Of a stretch of DNA of 64,000 nucleotides, positions 18,640-29,554 are shown piece after piece. Source of the stretch: an uncultured candidate division Zixibacteria bacterium (GTDB lineage: Bacteria; Zixibacteria; MSB-5A5; UBA10806); contig CAWDFP010000006.1 of NCBI GenBank assembly GCA_963801605.1, positions 512,001 to 576,000 of the forward strand, written 5' to 3'. A program made the position numbers and the translations under genes. The notes below the pieces were generated by a model, which searched no databases, had not been told where the DNA came from, and saw only the letters and a program-made list of their open reading frames with translations. The first letter of the stretch is position 1; each line of letters starts with the position of its first letter.

Positions 18640-18940
18640 ATATTCTTATAAGCGGGATTTCCAGCAAATATAGATTAAAATATACCTAAATGTAGAAAAG
18701 TTGGGGATTAGTTGTTCAGATCACCTTTATAGCTTGTTGGTAAGACGGTTATTATGGGGATATCCTTTTCCCCTTCCAAATTATGTTGACATAAATTAAA
18801 CTTACTCATATTTTTCCACAAGCCGTACTCTTAGTAAATCTAAAAAACGGCAATATGTTAAGGGTTGAAAATAGGCGATTTCAACATTGCCACACCCCTT
18901 AATATAATTGTAAATTTAAATAATAGAATAATAATAATCC
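18640..18940. promoter_or_regulatory. Probable replication origin oriC
   Basis: AT-rich; DnaA-box-like TTTTCCACA 18812 and TGTAGAAAA 18691; overlapping tandem boxes ATTTCAACA/ATTGCCACA 18878-18894, CCCC, then trio-like repeats 18900-18938; directly upstream of dnaN. Confidence 0.7.
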
Positions 18941-18999
18941 TTTCTGGAGACATCCCAAAACCAAAGAGGATGCTCAAAAAGTGAAGGAGATAGAGGAAA

Positions 19000-20115
19000 A
19001 TGAAATTCAAAACCGACAGAGCTAATCTTCATCAGGCTGCCTCAAAGCTTTTAAGTATTGTGCCTCCCAAAAGTACACTGCCGATATTATCCAATATTCT
19101 TTTCGAGCTTGATAAAAATAAACTGGCCTTGAAGGTAACCGATTTAGATGTCTCCATGACCGCCACTATAGATGTGGACGCTCAAAAAGCAGGTGCTATC
19201 GCCATACCGGCCAAAGTTTTTTATGAGATCGTAAGAGAACTTCCAGATTTTGATCTCGAGGTTTCGACATACGAAAGCCGCATGGAAATTAAATGCGGCT
19301 CCGGCGTTTATAAAATGTCGGGATTTCCCCCTGACGAGTTTCCCAAACTTCCCGATGTGCATATTGGCCGTCAGGTAAAGATGGAAGGCAAAAATCTATC
19401 GCGCATGATTAAAAAAGTTCTCTTTGCGGTCTCACGCGATGAAACCAGACCGGCCTTAAATGGCATCCTCTGGCATTCATCCGAGGAAGGCCTCAATATG
19501 GTTGCCACGGATGGCCATCGTCTGGCCAAGATCACCAGGAATGATCTCAAACTCAGCGGCCCGGGTAAGGATATCATTGTGCCCCCCAAGGTACTCGAAA
19601 ACCTGGTTCGTCTCATGGGTGAAGAGCCAGGCGAGGTAGGAATAATCGTTAACGAGGGGTCGATCATATTCATAATCGAGGGTGCCATATTAACATCAAG
19701 ACTTCTCGAAGGGCCATATCCGAATTACGAGCAGGTTATTCCCAAGGATAATAACAAACAGGCGGTAATGGATAAGGAAATACTTCAGGCCGCCGTCCGT
19801 CGCGTGGCAATACTTTCCAATTCACTGACTCATCAAATCAAATTTACATTAAAAACCAACGAGCTTGAGCTTCTGGCAACCAATTTTGATTTTGGAGGCG
19901 AAGCTAAAGAAAGTCTTAAAATTAACTATAGTGCCGATCAAATGGATATTGGCTATAACGCCAACTATGTTGTTGATATATTAAAGCAGACTGATGGTAA
20001 TGAGGTCGCTTTCGAGCTCAATACTCCAACCTCAGCGGCAATCGTGAAATCAACACAAAAGGAAGAAAATGAAAGCTACTTCTTCCTGGTTATGCCGCTC
20101 AGGCTTCTCGATTGA
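19000..20115 (+). CDS. dnaN: DNA polymerase III beta sliding clamp
   Basis: TLPILSNI, DETRPALNG, VATDGHRLA and C-terminal VMPLRL. Confidence 0.98.
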   Translation: MKFKTDRANLHQAASKLLSIVPPKSTLPILSNILFELDKNKLALKVTDLDVSMTATIDVDAQKAGAIAIPAKVFYEIVRELPDFDLEVSTYESRMEIKCGSGVYKMSGFPPDEFPKLPDVHIGRQVKMEGKNLSRMIKKVLFAVSRDETRPALNGILWHSSEEGLNMVATDGHRLAKITRNDLKLSGPGKDIIVPPKVLENLVRLMGEEPGEVGIIVNEGSIIFIIEGAILTSRLLEGPYPNYEQVIPKDNNKQAVMDKEILQAAVRRVAILSNSLTHQIKFTLKTNELELLATNFDFGGEAKESLKINYSADQMDIGYNANYVVDILKQTDGNEVAFELNTPTSAAIVKSTQKEENESYFFLVMPLRLLD

Positions 20116-20142
20116 TAGCGAGATTATTGTAAGGCAGAGTTA

Positions 20143-21248
20143 ATGCTCATCGAGGAGATCCGGCTAAAAAATTTCCGCAATATCTCCGATGCCAGGATAT
20201 CAGATCTATCCGGCGGACTAAATTTATTTTCGGGCCCGAATGGCAGCGGTAAAACAAATATCTTAGAAGCTATTGGGATGGCGTCGTTGGCCAAATCCTG
20301 CCGAGGGGCGCTCGATTCCGAGATGGTACAATTTGGGGCCAGGGCGGCTACCATCGAGGTTGAGGGCCAGGTTCAAAAAAAAAAGTAACCATAAAATTCG
20401 CTATTAGCCGCGGTGGCAAAAAACGGATAGTCGGGGCATTCGGGCAAGCTTTACGTGTCTCTGACGCGGTCGGTGTGTTTGCCATGGTCTTTATCCTGCC
20501 TGAAGATATTAATATCACCTCAGGTTCCCCGCGGCATCATCGCAGTTTCCTCGATATTTACCTTTCGCAACTATCGCATAAGTATCTCCTTGACCTGATG
20601 GAATATCAGAAAGTACTAAAACAGCGCAACGCGTTGCTTCGTAAGTTGAAAAGCGGAGAAGGCAAAATCGATCATCTCGATACCTGGGACGAAAGCCTGA
20701 TATCCCCAGCTTTGCGTATCATGGCAGCCAGAGCTTCCTTCCTGGAGGAGATAAAACCGGCAATTGCGAGGATTTCAGCGCAATTATTAGGTGGAAGCGA
20801 AGCGGTTCAAATAGCCTATCAACCTCGCCTGGCTATTTCCGATTTCTCCGACAAGAAGAGCGCCCTGATGTCGCTGAAGGCACAGCGTTCCAAAGACTTA
20901 AAGCTTGGAGCATCATTCAGCGGCCCGCATCGGGATCTGATTGATATCGTAATTAATGACAAGCCGCTTCGAAATTTCGGCTCTCTTGGACAGAAAAAAT
21001 GTGTTATGATAGCCTTGAAAATGGCCGCATTCGAAACTCTTTCAAAATCTCGGGGAGAAGCGGCAATTTTGGTTTTAGATGAGGCCTTTGCGGCCTTAGA
21101 CTCGGCCCGTTCCGAAGCTCTTTTAGCGTTACTTTCGGGTATCGGACAGGTATTTTTGGCAAGCGCGTCAGCAAATGGTTTGGGCAATCATATAAAGCAA
21201 TATAATGTGATTTCGGGAACTATAACTCAATGCATTTCAGGCAATTAA
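20143..21248 (+). CDS. recF: DNA replication/repair protein RecF (apparent frameshift at A10 tract 20375-20384)
   Basis: NFRN, GPNGSGKTNILEA; GPHRD, GSLGQKK and LDEAFAALD in the second fragment. Confidence 0.92.
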
Positions 21249-21249
21249 T

Positions 21250-22018
21250 ATGTTTTTAGCGATTGATATCGGCAATACCTCAGTAACATTCGGATATTTC
21301 CGGGAACATCAGCTTCTGGGAACGTTTGCAATTTCATCCATTACTCCCATTACACCGGATGAGATAGGAATCTTAATTTCGACGCAATTAAAACAACGCC
21401 TTAATAGCGAACCCGAAGTTCATAGAGTTGGAATCTGCTCGGTAGTCCCGTCGTTAACAAATTCCTATTCAGAAGCGATTAAAAAGTACCTGAAGGTTGA
21501 ACCGCAAATTCTTAATTATAATGTTAACTTGGGATTTCGAGTCTTATACGATGATCCGTCGAAACTGGGAACCGATAGATTGGCAAACGTAATTGCGGCG
21601 CGGGCCATCTATAGCTTTCCGACCCTGGTCATAGATTTAGGAACCGCTACCAAATATGATGTAATTGACAAAAACGGCGATTATCAAGGCGGACTTATAG
21701 CGCCGGGGATATGGACGAGTGCGTCGTCATTGTTTGAAAAGGCAGCCCAGCTATTTCCAGTAAATCTTGAGCCACCAGATAGGTTGATTGCCCGAAATAC
21801 CGGCGATTCATTAAAGTCAGGAATTTATTATGGTTTTTTGGGGCAGATGGTTTATGTGGCAGCATAGTATAAAAAAGGAAATGGGTGATTCTCAATTAAA
21901 GGTTGTGGCCACCGGCGGTTACGCTGAGTTATTCCGGGGAATCGCCGGCCTTTTTGACGAGATTGATCCGGGATTAACCCTAAAAGGTCTGGAAATAGCG
22001 CTAAATATTGAAGGCTAA
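21250..22018 (+). CDS. coaX: Type III pantothenate kinase (apparent frameshift near 21855)
   Basis: DIGNT, LGTDR, IDLGTAT and GGLIAPG; VVATGG..LTLKGL in the second frame. Confidence 0.92.
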
Positions 22019-22176
22019 AGTAGTTAATTTTGGGAATTACCCAAAACTTAAGGGGAATTCCAATAGTTTTAAATATATTGGTAAAAGGCCAAAATATTCC
22101 TTGATGAAGGGCGCGATGGCGCTTACTTTTAAATAGTGCCTTCGCTTATCGGCTGCAGTAAAGGAGGAATACTTAG

Positions 22177-22695
22177 ATGAAGGTTGACCAGCACGTAATC
22201 GACAGAGGCTCATGGGATGAGATTAATATAGATGGTTGGTTTAAGGCCCTTATACCCCCTACCTGGGAAGTTGACGACGAGGATGAGGTAGTTATTTTCG
22301 ATCCGGACGGTTTCGGGGAGCTGAATATAAGCTTTTTGGAAAAGGTCAATGGCCGCGGCAAGCGTGAAATTGCAGGTGAAATCATCGCAGGCTGGGCGGA
22401 AGAACTGGGGCATGAAATCGATTATGAAACGGTTATTATCAAGCGCAGCCGGAATATACTCATTACGTCTGCGGAATTTATAACTGACGAGCCAGAAGGA
22501 GAAATGGAATACTGGCGGGTCTTTGCCGTAATCGGAAATAAGATCGCGCTTGATGTAAATTACAGTTGTGATATCGAAGACCGCTCGCGCGAGGAAGAGA
22601 TTATCGAAGGGATCGTCGATTCGATCGAGTTAACCGAGGAAGACGATATTATAGAAGCCCTAAGCCGGGATTTTAAGGTGGATGAAAGCGAATAG
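22177..22695 (+). CDS. Highly acidic hypothetical protein, possibly DUF3805/PsbP-like fold
   Basis: Strong SD AAGGAGG; WFKALIPPTWEVDDEDEVVIFDPDGFGELNIS. Confidence 0.7.
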   Translation: MKVDQHVIDRGSWDEINIDGWFKALIPPTWEVDDEDEVVIFDPDGFGELNISFLEKVNGRGKREIAGEIIAGWAEELGHEIDYETVIIKRSRNILITSAEFITDEPEGEMEYWRVFAVIGNKIALDVNYSCDIEDRSREEEIIEGIVDSIELTEEDDIIEALSRDFKVDESE

Positions 22696-22716
22696 AATTT
22701 TCACTGAAAATAAATT

Positions 22717-22745
22717 AAAGGCTCCTTTAATCAGGGGCCTTTTTT
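22717..22745 (+). terminator. Rho-independent terminator
   Basis: AAAGGCTCCTT-taatc-AGGGGCCTTTTTT. Confidence 0.8.
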
Positions 22746-22885
22746 ATTTGAATAAGTTTCGCGGGAATTGCCGTTTTAATATTGCAGGAGTCTCATTTTT
22801 TTATTGTAATTACGAACCCAAAACCCTTCAAATATAGTTCATATTGAGGGTTTGTTAAATATTCTAACTAGGAAAGGAGAGTATA

Positions 22886-23410
22886 ATGGCACATGCTGAT
22901 TTTGCGGACAAGAAAGGGCTTGAGGCCGCTATCGATTTAGAGTTGAAAGGCCATAAGTTTTTCAAGGATGCTGCCGCCAAAGCCAACAATGCTTTGGCAA
23001 AAGAGGTATTTGATTATTTATCGGTAGAGGAACTAAATCATCTCAATGCGATTAAGGAATTTAACGAAGAATATCTTAAAGGTACGACAATCGATACGCA
23101 ATCGTTAATTGAAACTATGAAAGGACACAAATCGCCGGCGGCACAGATTTTTGCCAAGGCGGCGGCCAACGCCCCGGTTGAAGGAAATGAATTAGATGTT
23201 TACCGTTTTGCGGTCGATTTTGAGAAGAAAAGCGAATTATTCTATGCCAAAGCCCTGGATGAAGCAACAAATCCAAACGCAAAAAAGCTTTATGAATTTC
23301 TAATTGGCGAAGAGCGCAAGCATTTTAAAATCGTGGATTCATGCCTGGCCTATTTCGAAAACCCGGCCGAATTTTTCCATCAGCGAGAAAAATGGCATTT
23401 TGAAGCCTAA
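22886..23410 (+). CDS. Ferritin-like/rubrerythrin diiron protein
   Basis: AIDLE..EELNH and AVDFE..EERKH repeated carboxylate/His motifs. Confidence 0.88.
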   Translation: MAHADFADKKGLEAAIDLELKGHKFFKDAAAKANNALAKEVFDYLSVEELNHLNAIKEFNEEYLKGTTIDTQSLIETMKGHKSPAAQIFAKAAANAPVEGNELDVYRFAVDFEKKSELFYAKALDEATNPNAKKLYEFLIGEERKHFKIVDSCLAYFENPAEFFHQREKWHFEA

Positions 23411-23601
23411 GTATTCTTAAAAGCTAAATAAATATTTTATGGCGTTAGGCGCGTCCACTCCGCGTTTGACGCCCTTATTATATCCCATTAAACCGCAACG
23501 GGTTTCGCGAGCCCAACCGGACTTCATCGAGTATCCAGCACAATATTTTTATGCCTCATATTATTATTTTAGGTGTTTACCGGCATTGTCATTTTTTCTT
23601 G

Positions 23602-23622
23602 ACTACGGATGTAATACGTAGT
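23602..23622. promoter_or_regulatory. Palindromic operator ACTACG-N9-CGTAGT overlapping a TTGACT -35
   Basis: Perfect 6-bp inverted arms about 190 bp upstream of the kinase start. Confidence 0.5.
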
Positions 23623-23808
23623 ATATATAAGTAGGTTCACCGGACCGAAATTACGCAATGGAATAGGGCTTTCGTTGCGATTTAGAGATTCGCCCTGCTA
23701 AAGCCCTTTGGATGATTCTGCAGGGGATATTTCGATATTAAGGTTTAGCCGTTTATTAAAAAGATAAGGCTGTCATGATAAGCACAAGATAATGCAAGGG
23801 ACGATACC

Positions 23809-26800
23809 ATGAGCGCTTTGACGAGCAGGCAAAAACGGATAGCGATGCTGGCGATATTAATCGCAATTACGCTTGTGTTCCATCTATACAGTCATATCTG
23901 GAATGCCGCGTCGGGAGAAGCAAATTTTATGAAGCATGTCCTGGCCGACCTCTGCTACATTCCAATTATCGTAGCCGCTATCTGGTTTGGGATCCGTGGC
24001 GCAGTGCTGTCGTCTACTATTATTGCGGGCTTTTCTTTAGTTTTTGTGCTGCTTTACCCTGGCAAGACCTCCCCTGAACTTATAAGCGATTATGTTGAGA
24101 TAATTTTTTTCTACCTGGTTGGCGGTATCTCCGGTATTGTGCTTGATAGGGATCGTAGATTACATAAAATTTTAGAAGAAACGCAACGTACTGCAGCCGC
24201 TTATAACCGCAGCTTGATTGAAGTCGCCTTAGATCCGCTCGTTACTATTGGCCCGGACGGTAAAATCACCGATGTCAACGAGGCCACCGAAAATGCTACG
24301 GGCCTGAAAAGAGATGCACTGATTGAAACCGATTTTTCGGAGTATTTTACAAATCCCCAAAGGGCGAGAGAGGGTTATCAGCAGGTATTTAAGGAGGGTT
24401 TTGTTAGAGATTATCCCCTCGAGATTAAGCACCGGGATGGCCACCTAACGCCGGTTCTTTATAATGCGTCATTGTACAAAAACGAGAGCGGGAAAATCAT
24501 CGGTATTTTTGCCGCTGCCCGCGACATCACTGAGCGACTGAAAGCGGAGCAACAAATAAAGGACCTGGCTACATTCCCGGAGGAAAACCCGAATCCTGTC
24601 ATACGAGTGACCGATAATAATTCCATTATTTATGCAAATCCCGGCAGTCGGCCGTTGCTCGAATTCTGGCAAACCGAAAATGGTGGAAAGTTGCCGGACT
24701 ACATATTCAATAAGATCGTGGATTCGTGGACATCTAATCAGAGCCAGGAGATCGAAATTGAATGCGGCAATAAATACTACTGGTTTTTAATCTTTCGTGT
24801 CGAGGGCAGAAATTATACCAGTATCTATGGTAAGGATATCACGGAACGCAAAAAGGCAGAGTCGGACTTAAGGGCGAGTGAAATACTTTACCGAACCTTA
24901 TTCGAAAAAATCCCCGAGGGTCTCGCGTACTGCCAGATGATTTATGATGAACAGGGCCGTCCGGTTGATTGGATTTACCTGGAAGTCAACGATCCCTTCG
25001 TTTTTGTAACCGGTTTAAGGGACGTTATTGGGAAAAAGGTCACCGATTTAATTCCGGGAATTAAGGAAGCCACCCCGGAGGTATTTGATATTTATGGTCG
25101 TGTCGCGGCAGGCGGGCAATCGGAAAATTTTGAAATTGATTTTACTCCGTTGTCGCTATGGCTAAACATAACCGTATACTGCCCATCGAAGGGTTACTTT
25201 GTCGCCATATTTGATGATATCACCGAGCGTAAAAAAGCCGAATCGGCCTTGAAGGCAAGCCAGAATCGATTAGAACTGGCTCTTAAGGGTGGTGCGCTCG
25301 GTTACTGGGATTGGAATATGCTTACGGACGAGTTAATTGTAAATAACCGTTGGCTTGAAATAATAGGCTATGCTCCGGGAGAACTGGGTCCGCTTCATAT
25401 TCAAGATTCATTCAAAATGCTGCATCCGGACGATATCGATCTCATTAATAAGGCCGTAGAGGATCATTGCAGCGGTAAAACAGCCACTTACGATGTAGAG
25501 TTTCGACTCAAGGCTAAAAATGGGGATTATCGGTGGATCAATTCCAGGGCATCGATTATGGAACGTGATCCCAGCGGTAAACCTCTTCGATTTGTGGGAA
25601 CGCACCTCGATATAACCGAGCACAAGGTAGCCGAGGTGAAAATCAACCGGCTTAATCGGGTTTATTCAGTGTTAAGCGCTATTAATGAAGCCATTGTACG
25701 AATACGCGATGAAAATCAGTTATATCGGGAATCATGCCGTATCGCCATTGATCAGGGCAAGCTTCGTATGGCCTGGGTGGGCCTTATCGATGAGAATATG
25801 GGTAGGGTTAAAGCCGTAGCGTCGGAAGGCGTGATTGACGGATATCTCGAAAAAATCCAGGTAGCGTGGAATACGGATGATTTTGGGCGCGGTCCAACAG
25901 GCACCTGTATAAGAGAAAACCGACTTGATATTTGTAACGATTTTGAAAACGATCCAAGGATGGCCCCCTGGAGAGAAGAGGCCTTGAAACGCGGTTATCG
26001 TTCCTCGGCTGCCTTTCCGCTTCGCAATGGCCCAAAGATAGTAGGGGCATTCACCCTATACGCCGACGAGGCCAATTTCTTCAGCGAAGAAGAGATTAAG
26101 CTTCTTGGCGCGCTGGCTGAAGACATTTCTTTTGCGCTTGAATTGATGGAGCTTGAAAAGCAACGCAAGAAGGCCGAGGATGATTTACGGGAAAGCCGGC
26201 AACGTCTCGAACTTGCCCTGACAGGCGGGGATTTGGCTTTCTGGGACCTGATCGTTTCGACCGGCGAGACCATAAGAAGTCCTAGATATTATGAGATATT
26301 GGGATATGAACCGGGGGAAATAAGCTCGACCTATCCAAACACCTTACAAAATATTCATCCCGACGATAGTTCTAAAACCGCTGAACTCCTTGCGGCGCAT
26401 ATTGCAGGGAAGACGGCATTCTATGAAGCCGAATTTCGCGCGAAAACCAAATCCGGCGATTGGAAATGGGTTGTGGTACGCGGGCAAGCGGTTGAAAGAG
26501 ATGCTAACGGTAATGCTACAAGAGTTGTGGGGACGTTTCGCGATGTTACGAGTCGTAAGCAAAGCGAGGACTCGTTACGCGAAAGCGAAAGGCGTTACCG
26601 CGTTCTTTTCGAACAAATGATGCTTGGTTTCGCGCTGCATGAAATTGTCTGTGACGAGAAAGGGAAACCTGTTGATTATCGCTTCATAGATATCAATCCC
26701 GCATTTGAAAAACAAACCGGATTACAGCGTGACCAAGTTATTGGCAAACTGGTAACGGAAATTCTACCAGGAATTGAACCGCGTTGGGTCGATCGTTATG

Positions 26801-28995
26801 GTCAGGTTGCGTTGACCGGTGAGCCGATCCAATTTGAAGATTATAATTTTGTCCTTGGTAAATATTATGATGTTAGGGCTTTTAGCCCGGCGCATGGCAG
26901 GTTTGCGGTAATGTTCAACGACATCAGTGATCGCCGGAACGCCGAAAACCTGATTCAAGCCAATAACGCCTTGCTTCGTCTTTCCGCTCAAGCGTCGTCG
27001 AGAAAAGCGTTTATAAAGCAAACGACAAAGCTGCTCCAAGAGTGGATCGGTTGCTCCGGAGTCGGGATACGTATCCTTGAAGAGTCTGGTATGATACCCT
27101 ATGCCGAATATGCCGGGCTAAGCCAGGAATTTTGGCAAAAGGAAAATCTGCTTGCGGTTAACAAAGATCAGTGCATTTGCATCAGGGTGATAACCCAGGA
27201 GCCGGAGCCGCAGGACAAGCCATATATGACAGGAGAGGGATCCTTTTTCATCAACGATTCGCAAAAATTTATTCAAAGCTTGTCTGAACAGGAAAAATCG
27301 CATTTTCGTGGAACCTGTATCGAATTTGGCTATAAATCTATCGCGGCCACTCCCATTAAATTCAAAGGCAAAGTCCTGGGAGCGATCCATTATGTTGATG
27401 AGAGGGAAAATCTGGTACCCCTTAGAACGGTACATTTTGTCGAGACCATCGCAGGTGTGATCGGAGAGGCTTTTTACAAGTTTGCGGTTGAAGAGGAACT
27501 TAAGCGCAACTATGAGGCCTTGCGCCTGGCCAACACTTATAACCGCAGCCTGCTCGAAGCCAGTCTTGATCCATTAGTTGCCATCAACCCCGATGGCAAG
27601 ATTAGCGATGTCAACGAAGCTACAGAGAAAGCGACGGGCATAAAGCGGGATATGCTTATAGGAACCGAATTCCCGGATTATTTTACAGAGTCGGATAAAG
27701 CCAGGGCCGGTTATATGAAGGTATTAAGGGAAGGCATAGTCCGAGACTACCCTCTGGAGATAATGCATAAGAGCGGGCAAATAATGTCCGTTCTATACAA
27801 CGCGTCCTTGTATCGCGACGAAAACGGGAACGTAACCGGCATATTTGCGTCAGCGAGAGACATTACCGAACGTCGAAAGCTGGAGCAAGCACTTTGGAAA
27901 ACCAACGAACTCCTGGAAAGCATGTTTTCGACAATTGATATGCACATTGCATATCTCGATAAGGATTTTAACTTCATCCGCGTCAATCGTGCCTACGCTG
28001 AATCCGGCGCGCACCCTGCGGAGTATTTTTTCGGCAAGAACCATTTCAGTCTCTATCCAAATAAGGAAAATGAGGAGATATTTCGAAAGGTTGTGGAAAC
28101 GGGCGTTCCGTATGTGGCCTATGCTAAGCCGTTTGAATATCCGGATCAACTGGCGCGGGGTACCACTTACTGGGATTGGTCACTTCATCCGGTTTTTGAA
28201 CCCGATGGCAGTGTGGGAGGGCTGGTGCTAAGCCTAATTGATGTTACCAAGCGTGAGCAGGCAGCCCTTGAAATCGCCGCGAAAAACGATGCCCTGGCCA
28301 AGGCCAATTCTGAATTACAGCAATTTGCCTATATTGCCTCTCATGACTTGCAGGAGCCGCTTCGCATGATTGCCAGCTACCTGCAGCTTCTGGAGAGACG
28401 TTATAAGGATAGGCTTGATAGCGACGCTAATGAGTTTATTGCGTTTGCGGTCGATGGCGCGATCCGTTTGCAAAATATGATAAACAGTCTTCTGGAATAT
28501 TCGCGAATTGAAAGCCGAGGAGGAACGTTTACGTCAATAGCCTCTCGCGAGGCGCTAAATCATGCGCTGGCGAATCTTCGCTTCACTATCGAAGAAAGCG
28601 GGGCGATCGTGACATCGGACGAGCTGCCTCAGGTAAATGCGAATATCAGCCAGCTCACCCAGCTATTCCAGAACCTTATTGCCAATTCGATCAAATTCTG
28701 TGGGACTGGGCCGCCCGAAATACATATCGGCGTCACCCACAACGATAGCCAATGGGTTTTCGCAGTCAAGGATAATGGAATCGGTATAGATCCGACATAC
28801 TCCGAGCGGATATTTAATATTTTCCAAAGGCTTCACGGCGCAGAGTATCCGGGCACCGGTATAGGCCTGGCACTATGCAAGAGAATAGTAGAACGCCACG
28901 GCGGGAAGATTTGGGTTGAATCGGAGCTTGGAAAAGGAGCGAGGTTTTGCTTTACCCTGCCCATTCCAAAGGATTTACAGAATAAGAGCAGTTAA
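23809..28995 (+). CDS. Membrane-anchored multi-sensor histidine kinase (DUF4118-like TM, ~8 PAS, 2 GAF, HisKA, HATPase)
   Basis: [14 protein letters not shown] domain; repeated DITE/DVT PAS ends; [11 protein letters not shown]-box; DNGIGI and GTGIGLALC. Confidence 0.95.
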   Translation: MSALTSRQKRIAMLAILIAITLVFHLYSHIWNAASGEANFMKHVLADLCYIPIIVAAIWFGIRGAVLSSTIIAGFSLVFVLLYPGKTSPELISDYVEIIFFYLVGGISGIVLDRDRRLHKILEETQRTAAAYNRSLIEVALDPLVTIGPDGKITDVNEATENATGLKRDALIETDFSEYFTNPQRAREGYQQVFKEGFVRDYPLEIKHRDGHLTPVLYNASLYKNESGKIIGIFAAARDITERLKAEQQIKDLATFPEENPNPVIRVTDNNSIIYANPGSRPLLEFWQTENGGKLPDYIFNKIVDSWTSNQSQEIEIECGNKYYWFLIFRVEGRNYTSIYGKDITERKKAESDLRASEILYRTLFEKIPEGLAYCQMIYDEQGRPVDWIYLEVNDPFVFVTGLRDVIGKKVTDLIPGIKEATPEVFDIYGRVAAGGQSENFEIDFTPLSLWLNITVYCPSKGYFVAIFDDITERKKAESALKASQNRLELALKGGALGYWDWNMLTDELIVNNRWLEIIGYAPGELGPLHIQDSFKMLHPDDIDLINKAVEDHCSGKTATYDVEFRLKAKNGDYRWINSRASIMERDPSGKPLRFVGTHLDITEHKVAEVKINRLNRVYSVLSAINEAIVRIRDENQLYRESCRIAIDQGKLRMAWVGLIDENMGRVKAVASEGVIDGYLEKIQVAWNTDDFGRGPTGTCIRENRLDICNDFENDPRMAPWREEALKRGYRSSAAFPLRNGPKIVGAFTLYADEANFFSEEEIKLLGALAEDISFALELMELEKQRKKAEDDLRESRQRLELALTGGDLAFWDLIVSTGETIRSPRYYEILGYEPGEISSTYPNTLQNIHPDDSSKTAELLAAHIAGKTAFYEAEFRAKTKSGDWKWVVVRGQAVERDANGNATRVVGTFRDVTSRKQSEDSLRESERRYRVLFEQMMLGFALHEIVCDEKGKPVDYRFIDINPAFEKQTGLQRDQVIGKLVTEILPGIEPRWVDRYGQVALTGEPIQFEDYNFVLGKYYDVRAFSPAHGRFAVMFNDISDRRNAENLIQANNALLRLSAQASSRKAFIKQTTKLLQEWIGCSGVGIRILEESGMIPYAEYAGLSQEFWQKENLLAVNKDQCICIRVITQEPEPQDKPYMTGEGSFFINDSQKFIQSLSEQEKSHFRGTCIEFGYKSIAATPIKFKGKVLGAIHYVDERENLVPLRTVHFVETIAGVIGEAFYKFAVEEELKRNYEALRLANTYNRSLLEASLDPLVAINPDGKISDVNEATEKATGIKRDMLIGTEFPDYFTESDKARAGYMKVLREGIVRDYPLEIMHKSGQIMSVLYNASLYRDENGNVTGIFASARDITERRKLEQALWKTNELLESMFSTIDMHIAYLDKDFNFIRVNRAYAESGAHPAEYFFGKNHFSLYPNKENEEIFRKVVETGVPYVAYAKPFEYPDQLARGTTYWDWSLHPVFEPDGSVGGLVLSLIDVTKREQAALEIAAKNDALAKANSELQQFAYIASHDLQEPLRMIASYLQLLERRYKDRLDSDANEFIAFAVDGAIRLQNMINSLLEYSRIESRGGTFTSIASREALNHALANLRFTIEESGAIVTSDELPQVNANISQLTQLFQNLIANSIKFCGTGPPEIHIGVTHNDSQWVFAVKDNGIGIDPTYSERIFNIFQRLHGAEYPGTGIGLALCKRIVERHGGKIWVESELGKGARFCFTLPIPKDLQNKSS

Positions 28996-29023
28996 ACTGA
29001 AATCAACAAAAGGGGATGCTGAG

Positions 29024-29554
29024 ATGGAAACGGGTTCGAATAAAAATCGGCGCAAGACTAAAAAGGAAGAAATCATTAAAAATGCCTCCGAGCCAGGGAG
29101 ACCCATTGAAATCATGCTGGTGGAAGATAGCCCGGGCGATGTGCGCCTAACGATCGAAGCCCTCAAAGAAGGTAAAGTCATTAACCATTTACAGGTGGCC
29201 AGGGATGGCCAGGAAGCAATGGATATGCTGTACCGTAAGGGGGAACATGCCAATGCACCTCGGCCGGATATCATATTATTAGATTTGAATCTGCCTAAAA
29301 AAGACGGCCGCGAAGTGTTAGCTGAGATCAAGTCTGATGATACGCTCAGGGCCATTCCGGTTGTAGTGCTGACTATGTCTAAAGCCGAAGAAGATATTCT
29401 TAAGACATATCAACACTATGCGAATTGCTATATAACCAAGCCTATTGCAATGGATCAATTTTTAAAAACAATGAATCAGATAGAAAATTTTTGGTTATCT
29501 ATCGTAAAACTTCCCCCAAGGACAGATGATGATGAGCCTATCAAAGAAAGATAA
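29024..29554 (+). CDS. Single-domain response regulator (Rcp1-like)
   Basis: LVEDSPGDVRLT, PRPDIILLDLNLPKKDGREVL, ANCYITKP, FWLSIVKLP. Confidence 0.92.
   Translation: METGSNKNRRKTKKEEIIKNASEPGRPIEIMLVEDSPGDVRLTIEALKEGKVINHLQVARDGQEAMDMLYRKGEHANAPRPDIILLDLNLPKKDGREVLAEIKSDDTLRAIPVVVLTMSKAEEDILKTYQHYANCYITKPIAMDQFLKTMNQIENFWLSIVKLPPRTDDDEPIKER

Noticed and set aside
20375..20384. A10 tract in recF as a programmed frameshift or phase-variation site
   Set aside because: Cannot be told apart from the many homopolymer errors in this window
23439..23621. 60-aa ORF between the ferritin-like gene and the kinase
   Set aside because: No SD or motif; it spans a likely terminator hairpin (GGCGTTAGGCGCG..CGCGTTTGACGCC) and the promoter
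23630..23790. Riboswitch in the kinase leader
   Set aside because: No conserved core of the riboswitch classes I could check by eye, and only weak pairing
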